NCBI GenBank assembly: GCA_964247745.1
Contig: CAXTVT010000003.1
Coordinates: forward strand, 23,835 to 87,834
Direction: 5' to 3'
Source of the DNA: an uncultured Beijerinckiaceae bacterium
GTDB lineage: Bacteria; Pseudomonadota; Alphaproteobacteria; Rhizobiales; Beijerinckiaceae
Length of the DNA stretch: 64,000 bases
In this document: one piece after another, positions 38,300 to 47,063 of the stretch
How positions within the stretch are numbered: position 1 is the first letter of the stretch
Layout of the letters: each line of letters starts with the position of its first letter
Translations under genes and position numbers: made by a program
The notes under the pieces: model-generated
Database searches by the model: none
What the model was told of the DNA's origin: nothing
What the model saw: the letters and a program-made list of their open reading frames with translations, nothing else

Positions 38300-38878
38300 T
38301 CACATGCGGGGATTGAAGGATGCGGTGCGCAAGACCGGACGCCCGATCAGGGCGGTCGACGTCGTCAGCGTCGCACCGTAGCTGTCCTTGAGGTAGCCCA
38401 GCGCGGCCTCGTGGTCGACGTTCTCCATGGCGCAGACCGCATCGGTCGGCACCATGATGTCGTAGCCGGCCATGAAGGCGCCGTAAGCGGTGTGGCGGAC
38501 GCAGCAATGGGTGTGTTGTCCGGCGAGGACCACGTCCTCCACCTCGAAGTCGAACAGCGTGTCCTCGAGATCGGTGCCGTCGAAGGCGCCGTAGAAGCGC
38601 TTCGGGATCACGATCTCGCGCTCGATGCCCATCGGGGCGAGCTGGTCGATCACGGCGGCACCATGCGTGCCGGCCATCGCGTGGCGACCCCACACCCCGA
38701 TCTCGCGGTCGTCGGCGCGGTGCGCGTCGTTGGCGTAGACGACGACCCAATCCTCGTTGGCGCGAGCGTGGTCGATGAGGCGACGAATCGACGGCACGAT
38801 CGCCATGGCCCGTGCTTCGTTGGCCAGGGTGCCGGTCACGAAGTCGTTGAGCATGTCGACGACGATGAGGGCTCTCAT
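38300..38878 (-). CDS. Cysteine hydrolase / isochorismatase family protein
   Basis: ALIVVDMLNDF, IPKRFYGAF, HTHCCVRHTA (catalytic Asp-Lys-Cys triad). Confidence 0.9.
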   Translation of the reverse strand: MRALIVVDMLNDFVTGTLANEARAMAIVPSIRRLIDHARANEDWVVVYANDAHRADDREIGVWGRHAMAGTHGAAVIDQLAPMGIEREIVIPKRFYGAFDGTDLEDTLFDFEVEDVVLAGQHTHCCVRHTAYGAFMAGYDIMVPTDAVCAMENVDHEAALGYLKDSYGATLTTSTALIGRPVLRTASFNPRM

Positions 38879-39063
38879 GAACGGGGTCTCCTCGGCCGAG
38901 CGGCGGATGGGCCTAGTCCTAAGTGCGCCTTCGCGGGCGGCGGCACAAGGCCGCGAGGGGGTCCAACGGGAGACCATCCACGCCTTGCGAGCACCGGTTC
39001 GGCGTGCCACACGCGCCCCCCAGAGCGATCCCGCGTTCGAAAAGCATGACTGGAGTCCGTCCG

Positions 39064-39738
39064 ATGTCTCGACCCCTCGCCAGCCTGATCGCGGGCGCCG
39101 CATTCGCCTTTCCGATCGCCGCCTACGCGGCAGGACCGCTCGACGCCTACCTCCCCAAGAGTGGCACCATCTCGGGGCACGCGATGAGCTTCTCGGTGGC
39201 GCCCGAGGACCAGGCGATCTCGCGGCAGTATCGCCACGCCGTCCAGGACAACATGGACTGGTTCAAGAAGGCGGTCACCTCCAACAAGCCCGGCCAGCCC
39301 CTGCCCTACGACCGGCACATGGGCGTCACGGAGGCGCAATACGAGCACCTGCTCCACATGAAGTCCGACGCCAGGGCCGGTGCGGCGGTCAAGGTGGAGG
39401 TGAAGCGTGCCGCCGACGGCGGCGTGAGCCTCGTACCCGACGGCGAGGCCGCCGAGGTGCTGAAGGGCATCAGCTTTCCGCCAGACGAGAAAAGCGCGGT
39501 GACGCCGGTCGGCACGTTGTCGATCCTGAACGACATCCACCAGAGGGACGCCGCGGCGCCGATCGGCGTCTGGAACGGTGTCGAATGGGCGGAGGTCGCC
39601 GCCACGGATGCCAAGCCCTCGGCGAAGATCGCCTTCGGCAAGCGCGAAGCGGACGGGTCGGGTGTCATGTACTATCAAGTATCTCCCTACGGCGAATACA
39701 AGGAACTATCGATCGTCGTGTTCTACGCGCTGGACTGA
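39064..39738 (+). CDS. Secreted hypothetical protein
   Basis: TGGAG RBS; signal peptide MSRPLASLIAGAAFAFPIAAYA; coding-like codon usage. Confidence 0.7.
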   Translation: MSRPLASLIAGAAFAFPIAAYAAGPLDAYLPKSGTISGHAMSFSVAPEDQAISRQYRHAVQDNMDWFKKAVTSNKPGQPLPYDRHMGVTEAQYEHLLHMKSDARAGAAVKVEVKRAADGGVSLVPDGEAAEVLKGISFPPDEKSAVTPVGTLSILNDIHQRDAAAPIGVWNGVEWAEVAATDAKPSAKIAFGKREADGSGVMYYQVSPYGEYKELSIVVFYALD

Positions 39739-39767
39739 CCCTGACGTAACGTAAAGCTTCAGTCCGC

Positions 39768-39787
39768 ACTCGGCCGATCGGCCGAGT
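39768..39787. repeat. Perfect 20-bp palindrome (possible terminator or operator)
   Basis: ACTCGGCCGATCGGCCGAGT between the hypothetical gene and the MCP gene. Confidence 0.45.
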
Positions 39788-39870
39788 TGTCGCTGCCTTA
39801 ACTTCTGTCTGCTTCGGTCGGATCATGGACGAGCATGATTGCGGGCCGGTGTGAGATGCGGGAGGGCGTG

Positions 39871-41538
39871 ATGGCATGGGTCGTCGATCGCACGATCGCT
39901 ACGAAGCTGTTGGCGTGCTTCGGCTTGATCATCGCGGTCGGCCTCTGCGGTGGGTGGCTCACGTTCCAAAGCCTGATCCACATCGAGGCGTCGGATCGCA
40001 GCGCGATCCGCAGCCACGAGGTTCTGGGGACGACCAGAACCGTCTGGATCGGCATCCTGAAGCAGGAGAGCGACGTCCGCGCGTTTTTGCTCACCGGCGA
40101 CCGAAGCTTCCTCGACAGGGCGCAGGCCTCCGACAAGGAGCTGAAGGTCACGCTGACGCGGATCAAGATGCTGACCGCGGCCAACCGTGAGCAGCAGGCG
40201 CGCTTCGCCGAACTCGCCGCGTCGATCGGGGTGTGGCAGCACGAGGTCTTCGATGGACTCGCCGCCGGCGCGAAGACGGTGTCGATCAGCGCGGCCTTCG
40301 GCGCCGATGGCCCGTTGAACGTCATCTTGAAGCATCTCGGCACCATCGCCTCCGAGGAAGAGAAGATTCTCGACCAGCGCGACGAGAGCCGCTCCGAGGC
40401 GTTCGCGGCGGCCTACCGCACCGGCCTCCTCCAGCCCGTCGTCGAGATGACCCTCGCCGCGCTTCTCGCCTATGCGCTGCATCGCCTGCTCGCCCGCCCC
40501 ATCCGGCGGCTCACCGAGGCCACGCGGCGGCTCGCAGACGGCGACACGTCGATCGCCATTCCCAACACGCATTGGAAGGAGGAGATCGGGGCGATCAGCC
40601 GCGCGCTCGCCGGGTTCCAGAAGGCGCTGGCCGACACCGCGCAGATGCGCGGCGAGCAGCAGGTGATGCGCGAGCGCGCCGCCGACGAACGCGCCGGCCT
40701 GATGTTCTCGATGGCCGATCGTTTCGAGGAGGTCGTCGGGCGGATCGTCACGGACGTCTCGTCCTCCGCAATGGAGATGCAGAGCTCGGCCGAGTCCCTG
40801 CTCGGCTTCGCCGACTGGACGTCGCGCGAGGTGAAGACCGTCGCGGGAACCACCAAGATGGCATCCTCGACGATGCAGACGATCGCCAGCGACACCGATA
40901 GCTTGACCCGAGCCGTGGGCCAGCTGAACGAGCGGATGGCCTATTCGACCGAAGTGGCGCGCCAAGCCGTCGTCGAGGCCGATCGCACCACCGCCTCGAT
41001 CAAGGACCTCGAGGTATCCGCGACCCAGGTCGGGCGCATCGTCGATCTCATCAACGGCATCGCCCGCCAGACGAACCTGCTCGCCTTGAACGCCACGATC
41101 GAGGCCGCTCGCGCCGGCGATGCCGGTCGCGGCTTCGCCGTCGTGGCGAGCGAGGTGAAGGCGCTGGCCGACCAGACGGCCCAGTCGACCGTGGAGATCC
41201 GCGGCCAGATCGAGGCGATTCGCACGGCCGCTTCGGGCGCCGGCGGGGCCATTTCCCAGATCAGTCGCACCATCGCCGAGATGGCGCAGGTCACGCGCGA
41301 GATGACGGATGCGCTCGAGAGCCAGGGCGGCGCCACCCACGACATGATGCTGGGCACCCAAGCCACCGCCGGACTCACCGCCGAGGTCTCGGCGCAGCTC
41401 GACAAGGTCAGCGAGAGCGCGGTGACCACCGGGACGGCCGCGACGCGGCTGCTCGCGTCGGCGCAGAGCCTGGCTCGGCAATCGACCGTCCTCCACGACG
41501 AGGCGCGCAGCTTCGTGACCTCCGTTCGAGCCGGATGA
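39871..41538 (+). CDS. Methyl-accepting chemotaxis protein (CHASE3-like sensor, HAMP, MA domain)
   Basis: Two TM segments; [13 protein letters not shown] (CHASE3-like), [48 protein letters not shown]. Confidence 0.95.
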   Translation: MAWVVDRTIATKLLACFGLIIAVGLCGGWLTFQSLIHIEASDRSAIRSHEVLGTTRTVWIGILKQESDVRAFLLTGDRSFLDRAQASDKELKVTLTRIKMLTAANREQQARFAELAASIGVWQHEVFDGLAAGAKTVSISAAFGADGPLNVILKHLGTIASEEEKILDQRDESRSEAFAAAYRTGLLQPVVEMTLAALLAYALHRLLARPIRRLTEATRRLADGDTSIAIPNTHWKEEIGAISRALAGFQKALADTAQMRGEQQVMRERAADERAGLMFSMADRFEEVVGRIVTDVSSSAMEMQSSAESLLGFADWTSREVKTVAGTTKMASSTMQTIASDTDSLTRAVGQLNERMAYSTEVARQAVVEADRTTASIKDLEVSATQVGRIVDLINGIARQTNLLALNATIEAARAGDAGRGFAVVASEVKALADQTAQSTVEIRGQIEAIRTAASGAGGAISQISRTIAEMAQVTREMTDALESQGGATHDMMLGTQATAGLTAEVSAQLDKVSESAVTTGTAATRLLASAQSLARQSTVLHDEARSFVTSVRAG

Positions 41539-41635
41539 GGTCGCAAATAACCGAACTTTTCGGTACGGATAGCCCTTGTCGGCCGTTTGGCGACGACTAG
41601 ATTCTGAAGCGTCGATGAACGCTCAGGAGGCCGAC

Positions 41636-41842
41636 GTGCCCAAGTCGTTGATGATCGCCCTATCCGCCACCATGCTCGCCGCCTCTCCGCTGTCGGCTGT
41701 CGAGCCGCCCCACGACACCAGTGTAATCGCGTCCGGCCAGCCCGCGAGCCGCGATATGCGCGAGGCGTGGTTTCGCCAGCATGTCGGAGAGATTCTCGCC
41801 GGTCGCCCGACGATGTCGCACGGCACGGACGCGGGCCACTGA
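41636..41842 (+). CDS. Small secreted hypothetical protein (68 aa)
   Basis: Perfect AGGAGG RBS 5 nt before GTG; signal-peptide-like MPKSLMIALSATMLAASPLSA. Confidence 0.55.
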   Translation: MPKSLMIALSATMLAASPLSAVEPPHDTSVIASGQPASRDMREAWFRQHVGEILAGRPTMSHGTDAGH

Positions 41843-41990
41843 TCGCCGCTCGGTGGCGGCTACGTCGCACCGCCCCCAGGTGCCGTGCGACGTCACGGTC
41901 GCCCGACCGGCTGCTCGAGAAATATCAGGGCGGCGAACGTTCGATCTTCCGCGATAAGGCGAGCCGTCCCATCCCAAATCCCGGCGCCGT

Positions 41991-43391
41991 TCAGCGCTGA
42001 GGCGAGCGCCGGTCCTTGTACGGGTTGTCGCTGGTCTTGCGCGAGAGCCGTAGCGGGACGCCGGGGAGCGCGAAGGTCTCGCGCAGGCCGTTCAGCAGGA
42101 AGCGCTCGTAGCTGGTCGGCAGTGCCTCGAGCTGGTTGCCGAAGATCACGAAATAGGGAGGCCGCGCCCGCAGCTGGGTCATGTAGCGGATCTTGATGCG
42201 GCGTCCGGCGACCGCCGGAGGCGGGTGCTGCTCCAGCACGGCGGAGAGCCAGCGGTTGAGCCGCGCGGTGGCTATGCGCTTGTTCCAGGTCTGCTCGGCG
42301 GCCATGACGGCCTCCATCAGGCGCTCGACGCCGTAACCGGTCTCACCGGCCAGCGGCACGACGGGCGCGCCCTTCATCTGCGGCAGCAACCGCGATGCCT
42401 CCTCGCGCAGCCGGTGCAGCTCGCCGGTCTTGTCGGCGACGAGATCCCATTTGTTCAGACCGATGACGATCGCCCGGCCCTCGCGCACGACGAGATCGGC
42501 CAGCGTGAGATCCTGCTTCTCGAAAGGCTTAGTGGCGTCGAGCAGCAGGATCACGACCTCGGCGAACTTGGCCGCGCGCAGCGCGTCGGCGCCGGCGAGC
42601 TTCTCGAGCTTGTCCTCGACCCGGGCGCGGCGGCGGAGCCCGGCGGTGTCGAACATCTTCAGCTGACGGCCGCGCCAGACGAGATCGACGCCGATGGCGT
42701 CGCGCGTCAGCCCGGCCTCCGGGCCGGTCAACAGGCGGTTCTCGCCCAGGATGTGGTTCAGCAACGTCGACTTGCCCGCGTTGGGGCGGCCGACGACGGC
42801 GATGCGCAACGGCTTGCTGGCATCGAGTTCGCTGCCGTCCTCCTCGTCGTCGAACTCTTTGGGCGCCTCGGCCTCTTGCTCCTCCGGCGCGGCGGTCTGC
42901 TCCGGCAGCGCCTCGAGCAGCGACGAGTAGAGCTCGGCCATGCCGTCGCCGTGCTCGGCTGAGAGCGCGACGGGGTCGCCGAGCCCGAGCTGATAGGCCT
43001 CCATCGCGCCGTCGCCTCCGGCGCGGCCCTCGGCCTTGTTGGCGATGAGGATCAGCGGCTTGCCCGCGCGGCGCACCAGCGCGGCGAAGGCGCGGTCGTC
43101 CGGCGTGAGGCCGACGCGGGCGTCGACGACGAAGAAGATCGCGTCGGCGGCGAGGATCGCGGCTTCCGTCTGGGCGCGGGTGCGGCCGGACAGGCTCGCG
43201 GCGTCGCCCTCCTCCAGCCCCGCCGTGTCGACTATGGTGAAGCGCAGGTCGCCAAGCCGCGCCTCGCCCTCGCGCCGGTCGCGGGTGACGCCGGGACGGT
43301 CGTCGACCAGCGCGAGCTTCTTGCCGACGAGGCGGTTGAACAGCGTCGATTTGCCGACGTTCGGCCGGCCGATGATGGCGACGGTGAACAC
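41991..43391 (-). CDS. der: Ribosome biogenesis GTPase Der
   Basis: Tandem GTPase domains [14 protein letters not shown] and [21 protein letters not shown]-like C-terminus. Confidence 0.98.
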   Translation of the reverse strand: MFTVAIIGRPNVGKSTLFNRLVGKKLALVDDRPGVTRDRREGEARLGDLRFTIVDTAGLEEGDAASLSGRTRAQTEAAILAADAIFFVVDARVGLTPDDRAFAALVRRAGKPLILIANKAEGRAGGDGAMEAYQLGLGDPVALSAEHGDGMAELYSSLLEALPEQTAAPEEQEAEAPKEFDDEEDGSELDASKPLRIAVVGRPNAGKSTLLNHILGENRLLTGPEAGLTRDAIGVDLVWRGRQLKMFDTAGLRRRARVEDKLEKLAGADALRAAKFAEVVILLLDATKPFEKQDLTLADLVVREGRAIVIGLNKWDLVADKTGELHRLREEASRLLPQMKGAPVVPLAGETGYGVERLMEAVMAAEQTWNKRIATARLNRWLSAVLEQHPPPAVAGRRIKIRYMTQLRARPPYFVIFGNQLEALPTSYERFLLNGLRETFALPGVPLRLSRKTSDNPYKDRRSPQR

Positions 43392-44171
43392 CTAGCGCGA
43401 CGCGGCGGCGGGCGGTGTCGGCGCGGGTGCCGGCGCCGGCGGTTCCGCCGTGGGCGCCGGCTGCGAGGCGGCGGCCGGTGCGCCCGTGATCGTGGCCGGG
43501 GGCGCGGCCTTGTCGCTGACGCTCGCCGCGCCTGAGCGGGCCAGCTCCAGGAAGGCCTGGGCGCGGTTGCGCAGCGGCGGCGGCGCCGTCCCGTCGATGA
43601 CGATCTCCCCGAGGAAGCGCTGGGCGGCCGGGAGATCGCCGCGCTTCAGCGCGGTCAGGGCCAGCAGCTCGCGCATGCCGGCGTGGAAGGCGAACCCGTC
43701 GAGCGCGAAACGGCCGTACTGGTCCTCGAACTTCTTGGGGTCTTCGCGATCCACCCGCAGCAAGGCGCCGCGGTAGCGGGCGGCGTCGCGCATCGCCTGG
43801 CTGCCGCCCTCGCCCGAGGCGATGGTGTCGAAGCGCTTGGCCGCGCCCTCCGGATCGGCCGGGGCGAGCTCCTCCGCCTCGCGCATGCCCGCGAGCAGCG
43901 GGTACCCTGCGACACCGTCGGCGATCAGCCCCGCATAGCCCGTGCGGGCCGCCGCGGCGGCGCCGTCGGTGGCGTCCTTCTCGGCGGCGGCGAAGCGGCT
44001 GTTGTCGGCCGCCGCCGTCGCGACGCGGCGATCAATCGCGTAGCGCCACAGGCCGGCGCCGGCGACGATGGCGACGACGACCAACGCGATGAGGATCTGG
44101 TAGCGCGACAGGAACCGCATCGTGCGTTCACGACGGTATTCCTCGTCGACTTCACGCATGAAATCGGACAT
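43392..44171 (-). CDS. Tetratricopeptide repeat protein (YfgM-like)
   Basis: MSDFMREVDEEYRRER plus a single TM helix; immediately upstream of der. Confidence 0.85.
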   Translation of the reverse strand: MSDFMREVDEEYRRERTMRFLSRYQILIALVVVAIVAGAGLWRYAIDRRVATAAADNSRFAAAEKDATDGAAAAARTGYAGLIADGVAGYPLLAGMREAEELAPADPEGAAKRFDTIASGEGGSQAMRDAARYRGALLRVDREDPKKFEDQYGRFALDGFAFHAGMRELLALTALKRGDLPAAQRFLGEIVIDGTAPPPLRNRAQAFLELARSGAASVSDKAAPPATITGAPAAASQPAPTAEPPAPAPAPTPPAAASR

Positions 44172-44255
44172 GGGAGCTTCGCTGGAGGTCTTGAAGGATC
44201 GGCGGAGGCGCGCTCTAGCACGAACCTTTCCGAACACCTAAAGCCGGCCGCGCGC

Positions 44256-44711
44256 TCAGAAGCGCTGCGCCGCCCGCGCCGCCTGCCAGGTCAGCGTGAA
44301 ATAGAGCGCGATCAGCGCCACGTCGGAGGCGATCCAGGCGGTCGAGAAGCTGTGCTTGACGCCGAGGGCGACGAGGACCTGCGCCACGGCCGCGAACAGC
44401 CACAGCACGCCGCCCCATGGCGTCGCCAGCCAAAGGCCGACGGCGGCGAGGAAATCGATGACCGCGAAGAACATGACCACCGCCGTCTGGCTCTTGGTCA
44501 TGTGGTCGAAAATCGCGCCGCGCGGCACCATGAACGAGGCCCATTCGCCCAGGCCCTGCAGGATCCACAAGGCCGCGAGCAGCCGCATGAAGATCACCAG
44601 GATCAGGCCCCAGCGCGTCTCGATCTGCTCGCGCGGACTCAGGCCGACGCGGATCGCCGCCTCCGGCTCGTAGGGCACGATCTCGCGCCCGCCCGTCGGC
44701 TGCAGGCTCAT
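44256..44711 (-). CDS. Membrane protein, DUF6163-like
   Basis: FMRLLAALWILQGLGEW...DFLAAVGLWLATPWGGVLW; four TM helices. Confidence 0.75.
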   Translation of the reverse strand: MSLQPTGGREIVPYEPEAAIRVGLSPREQIETRWGLILVIFMRLLAALWILQGLGEWASFMVPRGAIFDHMTKSQTAVVMFFAVIDFLAAVGLWLATPWGGVLWLFAAVAQVLVALGVKHSFSTAWIASDVALIALYFTLTWQAARAAQRF

Positions 44712-45688
44712 GACGCGGCGGCCCCGGCCACCGGGGCGAGGAGCTCGTCCTCCGGGCCGACCGGGACGATTCCGGTCGGATTGATCCAGGGGTGCGAGCG
44801 GTAATAGTGGTTCTTGATGTGGTCGGCGCGGAAGGTCGAGGCCACCGCGTCCACGCTCATCATGTCCTCGAGGTAGGCCGAGAGCGCGGGGTAATCGGCG
44901 ATGCGCTTGAGGTTGCACTTGAAGTGGCCGACGTAGACGAGGTCGAAGCGCAGCAGCGTCGTCACCAGCCGGATGTCGGCCTCGGTCATCGCGTCGCCGG
45001 TCAGGAAGCGCTGCGCCGCCAGGCGATGGTCGAGCAGGTCGAGCGTCTCAAAGAGCGGGTGGACGGCAGCCTCGTAGGCGGCCTGCGTGGTGGCGAAGCC
45101 GGCCTTGTAGACGCCGTTGTTGACCCGGTCGTAGACGAGGTCGTTGACCACGTCGATCTCGTGGCGGAGGTCGCGCGGATAATAGTCCGCTCCGGTGGCG
45201 CCGCAGCCCTCGAAGGCCGCGTTCATCATGCGGATGATCTCGGCGGATTCGTTCGAGACGATGGTGCGCCGCGCCTTGTCCCACAGCACCGGCACGGTGA
45301 CGCGGCCGGTATAGTCCGGCTTCGCCGCGGTGTAGACCTGGTGCAGGAACCGGGCGTGGTGGATCGGATCGGGCACGACGCCGTCGCGCTCGTGGAAGGT
45401 GATCCCGTCCGCCAGCATCAGCCAGTCGGTGATCGACAGCGAGATGACGCTTTCCAGGCCTTTCAGCTTGCGCATGATCAGGCAGCGCGTCGCCCAGGGG
45501 CAGAAGTACGAGGCGTAGAGATGGTAGCGGCCGGCCTCGGCCTTGAAGCCGCCCTCCCCGCTCGGACCGGCCGCGCCGTCGGTCGTCACCCAGTTGCGGA
45601 GCACCGACGCGTCGCGCTCGAAGCGGCCCTCGCGCGCGTCCTGCCCGTAGCCCTTGTCGTGCCAGACGCCTTCGACGAGGAGGCCCAT
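44708..45688 (-). CDS. Glutathionyl-hydroquinone reductase (YqjG-like, GST omega/xi class)
   Basis: MGLLVEGVWHD, GRYHLYASYFCPWA, YTGRVTVPVLWDK, IVSNESAEI, VNNGVYKAGFA. Confidence 0.92.
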   Translation of the reverse strand: MGLLVEGVWHDKGYGQDAREGRFERDASVLRNWVTTDGAAGPSGEGGFKAEAGRYHLYASYFCPWATRCLIMRKLKGLESVISLSITDWLMLADGITFHERDGVVPDPIHHARFLHQVYTAAKPDYTGRVTVPVLWDKARRTIVSNESAEIIRMMNAAFEGCGATGADYYPRDLRHEIDVVNDLVYDRVNNGVYKAGFATTQAAYEAAVHPLFETLDLLDHRLAAQRFLTGDAMTEADIRLVTTLLRFDLVYVGHFKCNLKRIADYPALSAYLEDMMSVDAVASTFRADHIKNHYYRSHPWINPTGIVPVGPEDELLAPVAGAAAS

Positions 45689-45839
45689 GGTTCGAATTTC
45701 CCTGCGCTGTGCCGGCGGTCTATGCGCCAACGGCGACGCGCGGACAACGTCGCGCTTCTCAAGACGAGGCCGAACGCGGTAGGCTGTCGGCGATGATCTA
45801 CGACACGCCCGGGCTCGCGTGAAGGTCGTTGGAGAGCCC

Positions 45840-47054
45840 ATGATCTACCAGGCCTACCAGGCGCAGAAGACCGCCTTCGACCTGATGCGGCCGCTCGCAT
45901 CGCTGATGGCCACCAACCTGCGGCTGCCGTGGCCGAGCCTCGCGCCGCGCACGATGGCGACGGCGGCCGCCAAGCTCGACGTCTTCGCCGCCCTCCGCAT
46001 CGACGAGTCCCGGCCGGCCTTCGCGCTGGAACCGATCGACATCGGCAACCGCCGCGTCGCGGTGGAGGAGGAGGTCGTCGCCGCGACGCCCTTCGCCAGC
46101 CTGCTGCACTTCAAGAAGGACCTGGAGCAGGCGCAGCCGCGCGTGCTCGTCGTCGCACCGATGTCGGGCCATTTCGCGACGCTGCTGCGCGCCACCGTGC
46201 AGACCCTGCTGATCGACCACGACGTCTACATCACCGATTGGCACAACATCCGCGACGTGCCCCGGGCGGCCGGCCCGTTCTCGCTCTCGACCTACGTCGA
46301 GGAGGTGATGGGCATGCTGCGCACGCTCGGCGAGGGCACGCACGTGGTCGCCGTGTGCCAGCCGGTGGTGCCGGCGCTCGCCGCCGCCGCGCTGATGGCC
46401 GAGGACGACGATCCCGCCCAGCCGCGCAGCCTGACCCTGATGGGCGGCCCGGTCGACGCGCGCTGCAACCCGACCGAGGTCAACAAGCTGGCGCTGACTA
46501 AGCCGATCGAATGGTTCGAGGAAAAACTCACCGACGCCGTGCCGGCCGGCTTCAAGGGCGCGGGCCGGCGCGTCTACCCCGGCTTCCTACAGCTCACCGC
46601 CTTCCTCGCGATGAACCCGGAGCGCCACAAGAAGGCCTGGGCCGACATGGGATCGGCGCTCGTCGCCGGCGACGCCGCGGGCTACGCCTTCGGCAAGAAT
46701 TTCTACGACGAATATCTCGCAGTGATGGACCTCTCGGCCGAGTTCTACCTCGAGACGGTGCGCGAGGTGTTCCAGACCTACGCCCTGGCCAAGGGCGAGC
46801 TCGTCATCTCCGGCCGCAAGGTCGATCCCGGCGCGCTGCGCCGCACCGCGCTGCTGACCGTCGAGGGCGAGCGCGACGACATCTGCGGCCTCGGCCAGAC
46901 CATGGCCGCCCACGACCTCTGCCGCAACCTGCGCCCCTACCGCAAGGTGCACCACGTCCAGACCGGCGTCGGCCATTACGGCGTCTTCAGCGGCCGCCGC
47001 TGGCGGACCGAGGTGTACCCGAAGGTGCGCGACGTGATCGCGATGGCGGGGTGA
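45840..47054 (+). CDS. phaZ: Intracellular polyhydroxyalkanoate depolymerase
   Basis: VVAPMSGHFATLLR, DVYITDW, VAVCQP, LMGGPVD, RRVYPGFLQL, TVEGERDDI, GHYGVFSG. Confidence 0.93.
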   Translation: MIYQAYQAQKTAFDLMRPLASLMATNLRLPWPSLAPRTMATAAAKLDVFAALRIDESRPAFALEPIDIGNRRVAVEEEVVAATPFASLLHFKKDLEQAQPRVLVVAPMSGHFATLLRATVQTLLIDHDVYITDWHNIRDVPRAAGPFSLSTYVEEVMGMLRTLGEGTHVVAVCQPVVPALAAAALMAEDDDPAQPRSLTLMGGPVDARCNPTEVNKLALTKPIEWFEEKLTDAVPAGFKGAGRRVYPGFLQLTAFLAMNPERHKKAWADMGSALVAGDAAGYAFGKNFYDEYLAVMDLSAEFYLETVREVFQTYALAKGELVISGRKVDPGALRRTALLTVEGERDDICGLGQTMAAHDLCRNLRPYRKVHHVQTGVGHYGVFSGRRWRTEVYPKVRDVIAMAG

Positions 47055-47063
47055 GGGGGAACC

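Noticed and set aside
43392-44171. Absence of bamB between the TPR gene and der
   Set aside because: A direct TPR-der arrangement is, from recollection, common in Rhizobiales; not considered unusual.
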